A stretch of 64,000 nucleotides of DNA from Ignavibacteria bacterium. GTDB lineage: Bacteria > Bacteroidota > Ignavibacteria > Kapaibacteriales > Kapaibacteriaceae. Both the position numbers and the translations under genes were made by a program. The notes below the pieces were generated by a model, which ran no database searches, was not told the DNA's origin, and saw only the letters and a list, made by a program, of their open reading frames with translations. Where the stretch lies: assembly GCA_013204605.1 (NCBI GenBank), contig JABMNI010000041.1, positions 170 to 64,169 of the forward strand. The letters are read 5' to 3'. Shown here piece by piece: positions 20,553-29,101 of the stretch. How positions within the stretch are numbered: the stretch's first letter is position 1; every line of letters begins with the position of its first letter.

Positions 20553-21274
20553 TTATGGAGTGCAGCATGGTAAGCCTCCCAGTTTGCAACATTCGTCGAA
20601 ATAAGTATTGCACTCGCCAGTACAAGCCGTGTTATCGCCCTCACAAACAGTACGTTGAAAACTACAGCAATCAACTGGAGATGTTCTGCAGTATCGTCTT
20701 TCAACAAAACAATGTCGGGCACAAGAGTTATCACATGCATAGTAACAAAACGGAGCGTCGTAATGTTTATCCAAACATTTAGGTAGGGCTAGAATATGGC
20801 AGTAAACATTGTTGTTCGTAAGATTTGTACATGTGTTACCAATGCCGCAATTCGGAAGGGTCACACCCAGAATGTTGTTGCAACAAAGATCAGTGCCTCT
20901 TATGATTGCTTGGTAAATAGCAGTCAAGCCTTGGTTTTTCAATTCCTGGGGAACACATATCCGTTTAATCCAAGTAATCGCATTTACACCATAATTACAA
21001 TCCAGCCCTCCACCGGCAGTGCATGGGTTATCGATTAGTGTCGAACTAGAAGCATATTGCGTACACATCCAAACAGAAGCAGTATAGTTAGTCCCCGCAA
21101 AACATATCGTAAAATCCGTTTGCACACCTTCACAATCGCAATCCAATGGCATTTGTTTTGGACACTGATCTATAGGATACTCACATTGTGCTTTCGCATC
21201 ACTGGCGGTTAACCCCAACATAACCAATGAAAGGACTAGCAGAGAGAGAGAGAGAAAAAAAAAACCTTTTTCAC
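20553..21274 (-). pseudogene. Cys-rich secreted protein A, frameshifted at T10/(CT)7 tract (phase-variable OFF candidate)
   Basis: GAGGT SD then GTG at 21274 gives MKKVFFFSLSLC*; removing one CT gives MKKVFFFSLSLLVLSLVMLGLTASDAKA-QC and joins a ~29-Cys ORF. Confidence 0.75.
21241..21264. repeat. Microsatellite (AG)7 + A10 (coding strand T10-(CT)7)
   Basis: Read directly at 21241-21254 and 21255-21264. Confidence 0.95.
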
Positions 21275-21379
21275 ATAAACCTCACCGTTTAACTGAAAGA
21301 AAATTTAATTTCAGTAATAATACGTGATTTTGGGAAAATGTCAAGAAATTGTTTTCACACCACTTCGAGTTTTGCAAAC
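21266..21379. repeat. ~113-bp direct repeat, copy 1 (pcrA 3' end copy + promoter + leader)
   Basis: Near-identical to 24541-24652. Confidence 0.92.
21317..21344 (-). promoter_or_regulatory. sigma70-like promoter of cassette A
   Basis: TTGACA-16 nt-TATTAT on the minus strand. Confidence 0.6.
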
Positions 21380-21389
21380 TCTGGTTCTC

Positions 21390-23804
21390 CTATCTATTCA
21401 AATACACCTTGCCAGTTACTTCACCACATGCTGTAGACAGCGTGTAACAGATCAATCCAGTAAGGTTATGAGGAAACAAAGCCTCTATTCTATCGCTTGA
21501 AGCAATTCCTTTACCTGTGTGCACTAATTCACCGGCATACGTGTAAGCCTTAATGGAGAATGACCGATCGGTACAAGACGGGAAGAGATTTGCACCCTCC
21601 GTGTTTTGAGTTGGCTCATCCTTGATCGACGTAAAAATAGTTGGAGTGTACTTGTACAAACTTCTGTTAGTTCCGAAAAAGTATATGTCACTACCATCCA
21701 CTGCAAAACCCTGGATACGGTACGGATTACTCCAATTCGACACCGCAGAGCCATTCCAATTTTTGCATCCATCAGTACTTGTAAATAGCAAGGAGTATTG
21801 GTAGAGCATTAAGGTTCGCTCCTCATTGCGATCCACTTGTTGCACCAACAAACTTCCGGGATCCACGGGTTTGCCATTCAAGCTCCACTTCATGCGCTCA
21901 GCGCTCCACGCTGATGAATCTGCATTGAAAGAACAGAAGTAATTCACCACGGGATCAAACAAATTTGTAGATCCGCGAGTTCCCAACATGTAGGCAATCT
22001 GATTTTTCAAATGAAGATCGTACCCGGTATGTGGAAGAAAAGTCCGCACTACAACTGGGACTCTGGGCAAAATACTTACAGATCCATCATCAAACAACTC
22101 GAATACTTCCAGTGTATCCGGGATGCGATTAGTTTGGGTTCTTTGTTTATTTAACAAGCTCACTCGTAGCAGTACCTTACCGTTCTCCAACTTATCAATC
22201 CCAATTAGTCGGTATATAATTGAATCTTTATAGTCAATCTTTGGCAACACCCATGTTGTCCCATTATCGGTAGAAATCAATGGAGCAAAAAAGCCCCATC
22301 TCGATGATGAAAAATCACTACTACTTGTTGCGGCAGCCAGCAATCCGGAATTGGTGCGAATTAATGTACCGACGTACTCTACCTTAAAGTTGTCGATACG
22401 GACCGTTTGTTCTTGCCAACTGCTCCCCGCATCAGAACTTGTTGCATAATGATTGTCATTGGAACTTCCACTCAGGAAGAGAATATTGCCTTGTTTATTC
22501 AATACTGTGTATCCAGTTTCAAACGTAGCTAAAGTGTCCTCTTGGCAATTCACTTCAGCAACGTTACTTAGTCTCAACACAGAGCATGACACTGGAGTAT
22601 CAAATTGACCAACCACCCTGGTATTTAATACAAGAAAAGAACCTTCATCAGACTTTATTGCGCCACGCCATTCATTCTTGAAACTTCGAAATGTTCCCAG
22701 TGAATCTATCTCGAAATTTCCGATAGCCGATTGCACATCTTGAAACCGCCACGATTCACCACCATTACGTGTATGATGAATTGCAATGTTTTGTCCATTG
22801 AATTGAGAGCCACAAAACACAACACCATCGGTGTCATTTAACATTACCACGCCAATTGCAGGAGTTGCGGGGTATAGGGACTGATAGTTTCCGTCTACTA
22901 ATTTGTCTGTCAATAGTGCCTTGTTCCAAAAAGCCCCGCCATTGACGGATTTTGCGACAATCTGAAAGTAGGCATTATCACTCTCTTTCTTCCACAGATT
23001 TCCGCAAACATAAATTCTCCCAGAAGAATCCATGGAGAGCTTTCTAAATGTATCGTCGCGCTCAACTCCATCCGCGTACGGGTAAGGAGTAGGTGGAATT
23101 AGATGATATACTTGATCCCATGTTTTTGCGCTATCTATTGACCTAAATACACGCCCTAGCGCACCACAAAGTAGTACCACGCTATCAGAAACAACTAATG
23201 CACTTGTAATGTGCATTGTGTCCAAGGGTGCAGGTCCATCAAACCACGTTTTCCCGGCGTCTCTCGAAAACATACTCTTCCCATGCTGACCAGGTACTGC
23301 AATTACGTCTCCCTTCATACTTAGCGAACCGCAAACAAAGTCAGACTTGTTTTGCACCACTCTCCATTCGTTAGTTGCACTACTCAACACAAGTATTTTG
23401 CCGTCGGTAGTGGCAACTACAATTCCATCTGGATGAGCCTGAACTCCTGAAATACTGGAGCTAACTGGTGCATTGATTGACTCCCAAATATTCGCGTTCT
23501 TAGGTCGCCTCCACACGTTTCCACCCTCACCAGCAGCCCACACGTCAACCTCGGTAACCAAGATTGACGTGATTTCGAATTGAACTGGCAAGCATTCCCA
23601 TTCCCAAGTCATGCTACGATAGTCGTAGGTTCCTACGCGCCCAAACCCGCCACCAGCTATAACGTGAATTGAGTCGAGTTTTTCTGCGGCCATCAGATAT
23701 CTGGCCCCATATTTACAAGGGAGTATCTCCCTCTGCACCGATTGTGCACTTAAAGTAGCGCACAGCAAAAAGTTAAATACTATTCCAACTAGAATTTTTT
23801 TCAT
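21390..23804 (-). CDS. Secreted BNR/YCF48-like beta-propeller protein with degenerate T9SS-like C-terminus
   Basis: Signal peptide MKKILVGIV...LSA-Q, repeated SxDxGxTW boxes (SRDAGKTW, STDNGTTW, SSDAGSSW), C-terminal YTYAGELV...KVYLNR. Confidence 0.8.
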   Translation of the reverse strand: MKKILVGIVFNFLLCATLSAQSVQREILPCKYGARYLMAAEKLDSIHVIAGGGFGRVGTYDYRSMTWEWECLPVQFEITSILVTEVDVWAAGEGGNVWRRPKNANIWESINAPVSSSISGVQAHPDGIVVATTDGKILVLSSATNEWRVVQNKSDFVCGSLSMKGDVIAVPGQHGKSMFSRDAGKTWFDGPAPLDTMHITSALVVSDSVVLLCGALGRVFRSIDSAKTWDQVYHLIPPTPYPYADGVERDDTFRKLSMDSSGRIYVCGNLWKKESDNAYFQIVAKSVNGGAFWNKALLTDKLVDGNYQSLYPATPAIGVVMLNDTDGVVFCGSQFNGQNIAIHHTRNGGESWRFQDVQSAIGNFEIDSLGTFRSFKNEWRGAIKSDEGSFLVLNTRVVGQFDTPVSCSVLRLSNVAEVNCQEDTLATFETGYTVLNKQGNILFLSGSSNDNHYATSSDAGSSWQEQTVRIDNFKVEYVGTLIRTNSGLLAAATSSSDFSSSRWGFFAPLISTDNGTTWVLPKIDYKDSIIYRLIGIDKLENGKVLLRVSLLNKQRTQTNRIPDTLEVFELFDDGSVSILPRVPVVVRTFLPHTGYDLHLKNQIAYMLGTRGSTNLFDPVVNYFCSFNADSSAWSAERMKWSLNGKPVDPGSLLVQQVDRNEERTLMLYQYSLLFTSTDGCKNWNGSAVSNWSNPYRIQGFAVDGSDIYFFGTNRSLYKYTPTIFTSIKDEPTQNTEGANLFPSCTDRSFSIKAYTYAGELVHTGKGIASSDRIEALFPHNLTGLICYTLSTACGEVTGKVYLNR

Positions 23805-23807
23805 AGC

Positions 23808-24549
23808 TCAATTCACACAGTTAACTACTTTGCAGTTGTTATAAATTGGGTCAGTACATGGTGGACCTTGCATCAGCCACGGTCCATCCCAGAATTGAAC
23901 CTGACTTTGCGAACTCTTACAAAATGTGCGGACTCTATAACAGCAACCGTTATTCAAGCAAGTGGTGAAACCTACAGACGCGTTTGCGTAAGGTGTAGGA
24001 GGCGGCAATGGGAACCAAGAGGCTTGAATCAACATCAAATAAGTCGACCAAGAGATTGTAGGATCGTACGACTGCGTGGTGTGCCCGCCACCAGGGGTCT
24101 CCCACGTTATATAGGTTGCCATGCAATTTGCCACTTTGGAATAAATTAATGATACAGTTGAAGGACATGGACAACACTCTGGATCGGCTGTCCATTTAGC
24201 CATTTCTTTATTCGCAATAACCTTATAGATCCCGTCACGTAATCTCCCATCATTGATGGCAGCATTTATTGCATTTGCATCTGCACAGCCGGAAGGTGAA
24301 ACGACTTCCATATTTACTGAATAGTCTAGCCACTCTATTTGATTACACCTTGTCTGATAAGGCATGAAAACCTCAACAGAACACGGCGGAGAAGTTGAAA
24401 TTTCCACAAATGCAGTCAAGGGATGATAGACCCAAGGTTCAGCACATGGCGGCAACCCACCCCAATTGCAGCCTTCTTGGGCAGCAACTTGATTTGTCAG
24501 TGCACTAAGTAGAAATACCAGAGAGAGAGAGAGAGAAAATCTTTTTCAC
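23808..24549 (-). pseudogene. Cys-rich secreted protein B, frameshifted at (CT)8 tract (phase-variable OFF candidate)
   Basis: GTG at 24549 gives MKKIFSLSLSGIST*; adding one CT gives MKKIFSLSLSLVFLLSALTNQVAA-QEGC and joins a 16-Cys ORF. Confidence 0.75.
24520..24535. repeat. Microsatellite (AG)8 (coding strand (CT)8)
   Basis: Read directly. Confidence 0.95.
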
Positions 24550-24652
24550 ATAAACCTCACCGTTTAACTGAAAGAAAATTTAATTTCGGTAATAATACGT
24601 GATTTTTGGAAAAAGTCAAGAGATTTTTTACACCACTTCCAGCTTTGCAAAC
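24541..24652. repeat. ~113-bp direct repeat, copy 2 (includes true pcrA 3' end)
   Basis: Near-identical to 21266-21379. Confidence 0.92.
24592..24619 (-). promoter_or_regulatory. sigma70-like promoter of cassette B
   Basis: TTGACT-16 nt-TATTAT on the minus strand. Confidence 0.55.
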
Positions 24653-26928
24653 GCTAGCATGAGTTGCTTGCGCTGCCCATTATTGAACATCACAGTTGCC
24701 TTGGCGCTTTGCTCTGATCCGCTCAAAGCCATGATGGTGCCAATTCCAAACATGGGATGGTTTACCTGCTGCCCAACGGTGTAGCCGTTTACGGAGTCTT
24801 TGTTTGCCGGACGGATGGATTTTGGAATGGGGGCGTTGTAGCGCGGTGCCGAAGGTAACTGACTGTATGTTTCGCCCTCGGGCATTTGACTGAATTCAGA
24901 TTGACGTTTAGGAGAGCCCCTTTCCCAAACATTTTGGACAGCATGCGCCTCACTGTGCGGGGTGCGGTTGGAGTGATTCCCAACTACACAGGCGGGATCG
25001 ATCTCGCCGATAAACATTGATGGTCGCGAAAAATTCATTTCGCCAAAACGGAACCGGCGCTCGGCATACGTGAGCACGAGGTGCTGTTTTGCGCGCGTAA
25101 TTCCAACGTAAAATAACCGACGCTCTTCCTCGCGTTCATCTATGTCTTGCTCGGCCTTGGCCAGCGGGAACAGACCCTGTTCCATGCCGGCGATGACTAC
25201 CATGGGGTACTCCAGACCCTTCGCGGCGTGCATCGTCATCATACTTACTCGGTTGCCACCAGTCGCCTCATCGTCGGCATCCGATAGCAACGAAATCTGC
25301 TCGATGTATTGCGACAACGTAAGCGTCTCATCAAACTCGTACTGCTCCTGAATGTGGCTGAGCAATCGGTCGATGTTATTCCAGCGGTCTTGGGACTCGT
25401 CGGTGTTTTGCAGACGGTACATATCGGCCAACCCGGTTTGCGCCATAAATCTCTGAGCAACTAAGGCAGGGGGCTCGGTGTCGATATCAACTTGGTTGCG
25501 CGTTATGAGTTCAACAAAATTTTGCACCGAGGTTGCAGAGCGCTTTTGAATGCCAACTACATTCTCAGCAATTTTAAGCGTTTCGAATAATGTGGTATTT
25601 GTTTCAACGGCGTAGTCTTGCAGACGCTGCATGGTAGTGTTGCCGATTCCCCTGCTTGGCTCGTTGATGATGCGCAAAATACTTTCGGTATCGGAAGGGT
25701 TCACCAGTACTCGCAGATACGCCAACGTGTCCTTGATTTCTTTGCGTTTGTAAAAGCTAACACCACTCACAATATGGTAGGCAACGTTGGCGCGGCGCAT
25801 AGCATCCTCGATGAGTTGCGACTGTGCGTTGGTTCGGTACAAAACCGCAACATCACTTGCTTGAAGATTGCTTTCGCGCATCGCGGTCCGCACAACCTTC
25901 ATAATGGTTTCGGCTTCTTCTCGATCATCTCTACAACCGAGCACGAGAATTTTTTCACCCTCGGCGTTATCGGTCCACAATTCTTTTTTCAACCGACCCG
26001 AATTATTCTTTATCACACTATCGGCTGCTGCAAGAATAGTTTTTGTACTCCGATAATTCTGCTCGAGTCGAACGGTTGTTGCCTTTGGATAATCCCTTTC
26101 GAAATCTAAAATATTCTGAATATCAGCACCGCGCCACCGATAAATACTTTGGGCGTCATCGCCCACCACACATAGGTTCCGGTACTTGCGCGCCAACAAT
26201 TCCACAGCCTTATACTGCGCCTTATTTGTATCCTGATACTCATCAACCATGATGTACCTGAAGCGCTCCTGTAACTGGTCAAGCACATCGGGTTGCTGCT
26301 GCAAAAGTCGAATCATATTCAGCAGCAAATCATCGAAGTCCATGGCATTACTTCTCTTCAATCGCGCTTCGTATTCCTGAAAAATCTGCGCCGTCTGCTT
26401 TTCAATTACACTATTGGCTCCATTCGAATACTGTTGCCACGATATCATAGCATTCTTCGCGGAACTTATTCTACCGCGCACTCCATTTGCCGGCAGCACT
26501 TGTTGCGAAATACCAAGCTGAACCATGATGGCTTTTACGGCCGACAACTGATCATCGGTATCGTAAATACTAAAGCTTCGGTTGTAGCCTATCAAATCTG
26601 CATATTGCCTGAGTATTCGTGCAAACACCGAATGAAACGTGCCCGCCATTACGCCATACACCGTATCGCCCACCAGGTGTGTTATCCGCTCGCGCATTTC
26701 CTTGGCGGCCTTGTTCGTAAACGTCAACGCCAGAATACTCGACGGATGAATTCCCTGCTGAAGCAGATACGCAATTCTGAACGTCAGTACGCGCGTCTTT
26801 CCACTGCCCGCCCCCGCAATAATCAACACCGGACCCTCCGTTGTTACGGCGGCCTTGCGCTGATGTTCGTTCAATCCCTCTAGAAGTGATTCGACCGTAT
26901 TTTTTGTAAGAGCAGATTGTGACAACAT
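24628..26928 (-). CDS. pcrA: ATP-dependent DNA helicase PcrA/UvrD
   Basis: AGAGSGKT, TFTNKAA, VDEYQDTN, VGDDAQSIY, EQNYRST, MTMHAAKGLEY, EERRLFYVGITRA, C-terminal Tudor-like HPMFGIG. Confidence 0.96.
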   Translation of the reverse strand: MLSQSALTKNTVESLLEGLNEHQRKAAVTTEGPVLIIAGAGSGKTRVLTFRIAYLLQQGIHPSSILALTFTNKAAKEMRERITHLVGDTVYGVMAGTFHSVFARILRQYADLIGYNRSFSIYDTDDQLSAVKAIMVQLGISQQVLPANGVRGRISSAKNAMISWQQYSNGANSVIEKQTAQIFQEYEARLKRSNAMDFDDLLLNMIRLLQQQPDVLDQLQERFRYIMVDEYQDTNKAQYKAVELLARKYRNLCVVGDDAQSIYRWRGADIQNILDFERDYPKATTVRLEQNYRSTKTILAAADSVIKNNSGRLKKELWTDNAEGEKILVLGCRDDREEAETIMKVVRTAMRESNLQASDVAVLYRTNAQSQLIEDAMRRANVAYHIVSGVSFYKRKEIKDTLAYLRVLVNPSDTESILRIINEPSRGIGNTTMQRLQDYAVETNTTLFETLKIAENVVGIQKRSATSVQNFVELITRNQVDIDTEPPALVAQRFMAQTGLADMYRLQNTDESQDRWNNIDRLLSHIQEQYEFDETLTLSQYIEQISLLSDADDEATGGNRVSMMTMHAAKGLEYPMVVIAGMEQGLFPLAKAEQDIDEREEERRLFYVGITRAKQHLVLTYAERRFRFGEMNFSRPSMFIGEIDPACVVGNHSNRTPHSEAHAVQNVWERGSPKRQSEFSQMPEGETYSQLPSAPRYNAPIPKSIRPANKDSVNGYTVGQQVNHPMFGIGTIMALSGSEQSAKATVMFNNGQRKQLMLAFAKLEVV

Positions 26929-26954
26929 GTTCAATTTCTATTTTTTAAGGGGCT

Positions 26955-27410
26955 TTATGTTTTTGGTGAATCAGACTTCGTTGAAGAATCTGATGTTGTT
27001 GATGAACTAGTTTCTAATTTGTTTACAGATTTTTCAGACGCACCAGATGTTGATTTTGAAGAGTCTGTACTTGAAGATTTTTCACTCGTTTTTTCAGAAG
27101 ATTTTTCTGTTGACTTCTCGCTTGAACTTTCACCTGATTTGTCACCCGTTTTTTCAGACTTTTCACTAACGGATTCCTTGCGTCCGCCTTCCTTTTCCGA
27201 CTTGGTATGAACATAGTCAGTAAGGTAGAAGCCCGCACCCTTGTAAATCACGCCTGTTCCACCGGTAATCTTGCGCGTGATAGCGCCTTTTCCCTTTACT
27301 TCCTGCTGGCAAACCTGCTCCGGGCAGGTGGTTAGTGCGTCATCCTTCATGGACTGGACAAATTCAAATGTGGCTCCGCATGTAGAGCATACATAGTCAT
27401 ACGTGGGCAT
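26955..27410 (-). CDS. FmdB-family zinc-ribbon protein with Ser/Lys/Glu-rich tail
   Basis: MPTYDYVCSTCG...CP..C, YKGAGFYLTDY. Confidence 0.9.
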   Translation of the reverse strand: MPTYDYVCSTCGATFEFVQSMKDDALTTCPEQVCQQEVKGKGAITRKITGGTGVIYKGAGFYLTDYVHTKSEKEGGRKESVSEKSEKTGDKSGESSSEKSTEKSSEKTSEKSSSTDSSKSTSGASEKSVNKLETSSSTTSDSSTKSDSPKT

Positions 27411-27510
27411 GCGCACCTATTATGTGACATTATTCGAAAAAATATTACTGCGTTCAGCTTTCGCAAAACTACCATTCGCCCAACTAGTGCTTTACAAAGC
27501 AGGTTTACTG

Positions 27511-28500
27511 CTATTCTATGAAGCCCGTTTTCTTGTAAACTTTTCGCAAAACCTTGCGTGCACGACCCCGAGCTTTTTCTGCTCCATCGGCAAGGATTTT
27601 TCTCAGTGCTGCATCATCGGCTCGGATTTCAATAAAGCGTTCACGTATCGGACGCACGTACCCGGCTATGGCATGCGCAACTGTTTCCTTGAATTCTGCA
27701 TAGCCCCCTGACCCTTTAAATTCCTGCTCGATTTCGGCGAAAGATTTGTTGTTAACAATGTGGTAGAGCGTCATAAGATTTGAAATTCCCGGACGTAATT
27801 TTTCATCGTAGATAATTTCGGTTCCGGAATCGGTAACGGCGCGTTTTATTTTGTTGATGATTTGTTCGTCGGTGTCGACCAGATAAATCGAATTTTTCTC
27901 GTTCGGATCCGACTTCGACATTTTTTTCGTGGGCTCTTGCAGACTCATAATGCGTCCGCCAACTTCCGGGATATACGGCTCGGGCACCGTAAACGTATCC
28001 GAGTACCGATGATTAAAACGTTCGGCCAAATTTCGTGCAAGCTCGAGATGTTGTTTTTGATCTTCACCCACGGGAACCAGATCGGCGTTGTACACCAAGA
28101 TATCGGCGGCCATTAAAATTGGATACGTGAAGAGTCCGACGTTTACATTATCAGAGTGGCGGTCAGACTTGTCCTTGAACTGCGTCATGCGCGAGCACTC
28201 GCCCATGCCCGTCATGCATGTAAGCACCCACGCAAGTTGCACATGTTCGGGCACATGACTCTGGATGAACACCGTGCTTTTTTCGGGATCGATGCCCGCG
28301 GCAATGTACATGGCGGCTGCATCGAGGGTCCGTTTGCGCAGCATGGCTGGTTCTTGTCTGACGGTAATTGCATGCTGGTCTACCACGCAAAACAGAGAGT
28401 CGAATTCGCTCTGCAGCTTAACCCAGTTGCGCAGTGCGCCGGCGATGTGTCCAAAGGTTAACTCGCCCGACGGGGCCATACCCGATAGTATAGTCTTCAT
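27511..28500 (-). CDS. trpS: Tryptophan--tRNA ligase
   Basis: ILSGMAPSG, FIQSHV, YPILMAADIL, VPVGEDQKQH, KMSKS. Confidence 0.96.
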   Translation of the reverse strand: MKTILSGMAPSGELTFGHIAGALRNWVKLQSEFDSLFCVVDQHAITVRQEPAMLRKRTLDAAAMYIAAGIDPEKSTVFIQSHVPEHVQLAWVLTCMTGMGECSRMTQFKDKSDRHSDNVNVGLFTYPILMAADILVYNADLVPVGEDQKQHLELARNLAERFNHRYSDTFTVPEPYIPEVGGRIMSLQEPTKKMSKSDPNEKNSIYLVDTDEQIINKIKRAVTDSGTEIIYDEKLRPGISNLMTLYHIVNNKSFAEIEQEFKGSGGYAEFKETVAHAIAGYVRPIRERFIEIRADDAALRKILADGAEKARGRARKVLRKVYKKTGFIE

Positions 28501-28546
28501 AACTGCAAAGCTAACACCCAACGCGCAATGCCGTATTTTCGACGCC

Positions 28547-29101
28547 ATGAAAAGCCCCCTAAAAATATTATTCTTCATACTTGCTATGGTTTTGTGTGTT
28601 CCAGCAAGCGCGCAAGAGGAGCTAGGCAAGGTGAGCGAGCAGTCGTCATCGTGGTCGATGATCGGATTTGATCGCACTTGGGTCCCGCAGGAAAGGGGCT
28701 TCCCCAATGGTGGATTTGGATTTACAACGTTTCAAAGTTTGAACGATCCGCGCACAATTTGGCTAGGTGGGGGGCTACGGGGAACGGGCGTTCACCGGCG
28801 CGATGCGCTGGCGCTCACCATGGGTCCAGGTGTTCAATTGCTCGGAACCTCGCGTCTGGGAGTTTTCGCATACGTCCAAGCCGGCATGTGCATTTCCTCC
28901 AGCAACGCCCTAACTGGATTCAGTTTTTTCACCGACACGTCAACAACGTTTGGATTGACCTCCATAGGTGCCCTTGGCGGGAGCGTAGAAGCCTTTTCAA
29001 ACGTTAAAATTTACGTCGCATTTATTGGCACCTACTTTTCAAACGAGCACGGCTACACCCCGTACGGTCTACAGTTGGGTCTGACAATAGGAGGCAAGTA
29101 A
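28547..29101 (+). CDS. Hypothetical secreted / small beta-barrel protein
   Basis: Signal peptide ending ASA-Q, Gly/aromatic beta-strand pattern, ends YGLQLGLTIGGK. Confidence 0.7.
   Translation: MKSPLKILFFILAMVLCVPASAQEELGKVSEQSSSWSMIGFDRTWVPQERGFPNGGFGFTTFQSLNDPRTIWLGGGLRGTGVHRRDALALTMGPGVQLLGTSRLGVFAYVQAGMCISSSNALTGFSFFTDTSTTFGLTSIGALGGSVEAFSNVKIYVAFIGTYFSNEHGYTPYGLQLGLTIGGK

Noticed and set aside
20553-21227. TTG starts at 21227, 24455 and 50698 given by the ORF track
   Set aside because: They lack an SD and truncate or remove the signal peptide; the SD-associated starts lie upstream of the microsatellites
21266-24652. DGR template/variable repeat or invertible shufflon
   Set aside because: The repeats are direct, not inverted; the mismatches are not an adenine-specific pattern in a variable C-terminus; and there is no reverse transcriptase or invertase in the window
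25618-26883. Long antisense ORFs opposite pcrA (also opposite the MFS, folC and murC genes)
   Set aside because: Shadow frames of well-conserved genes with no recognisable motifs
28265-28707. Long overlap between trpS and the divergent ORF
   Set aside because: Artefact of upstream start choice; the likely starts at 28500 and 28547 are separated by a 46-nt bidirectional promoter
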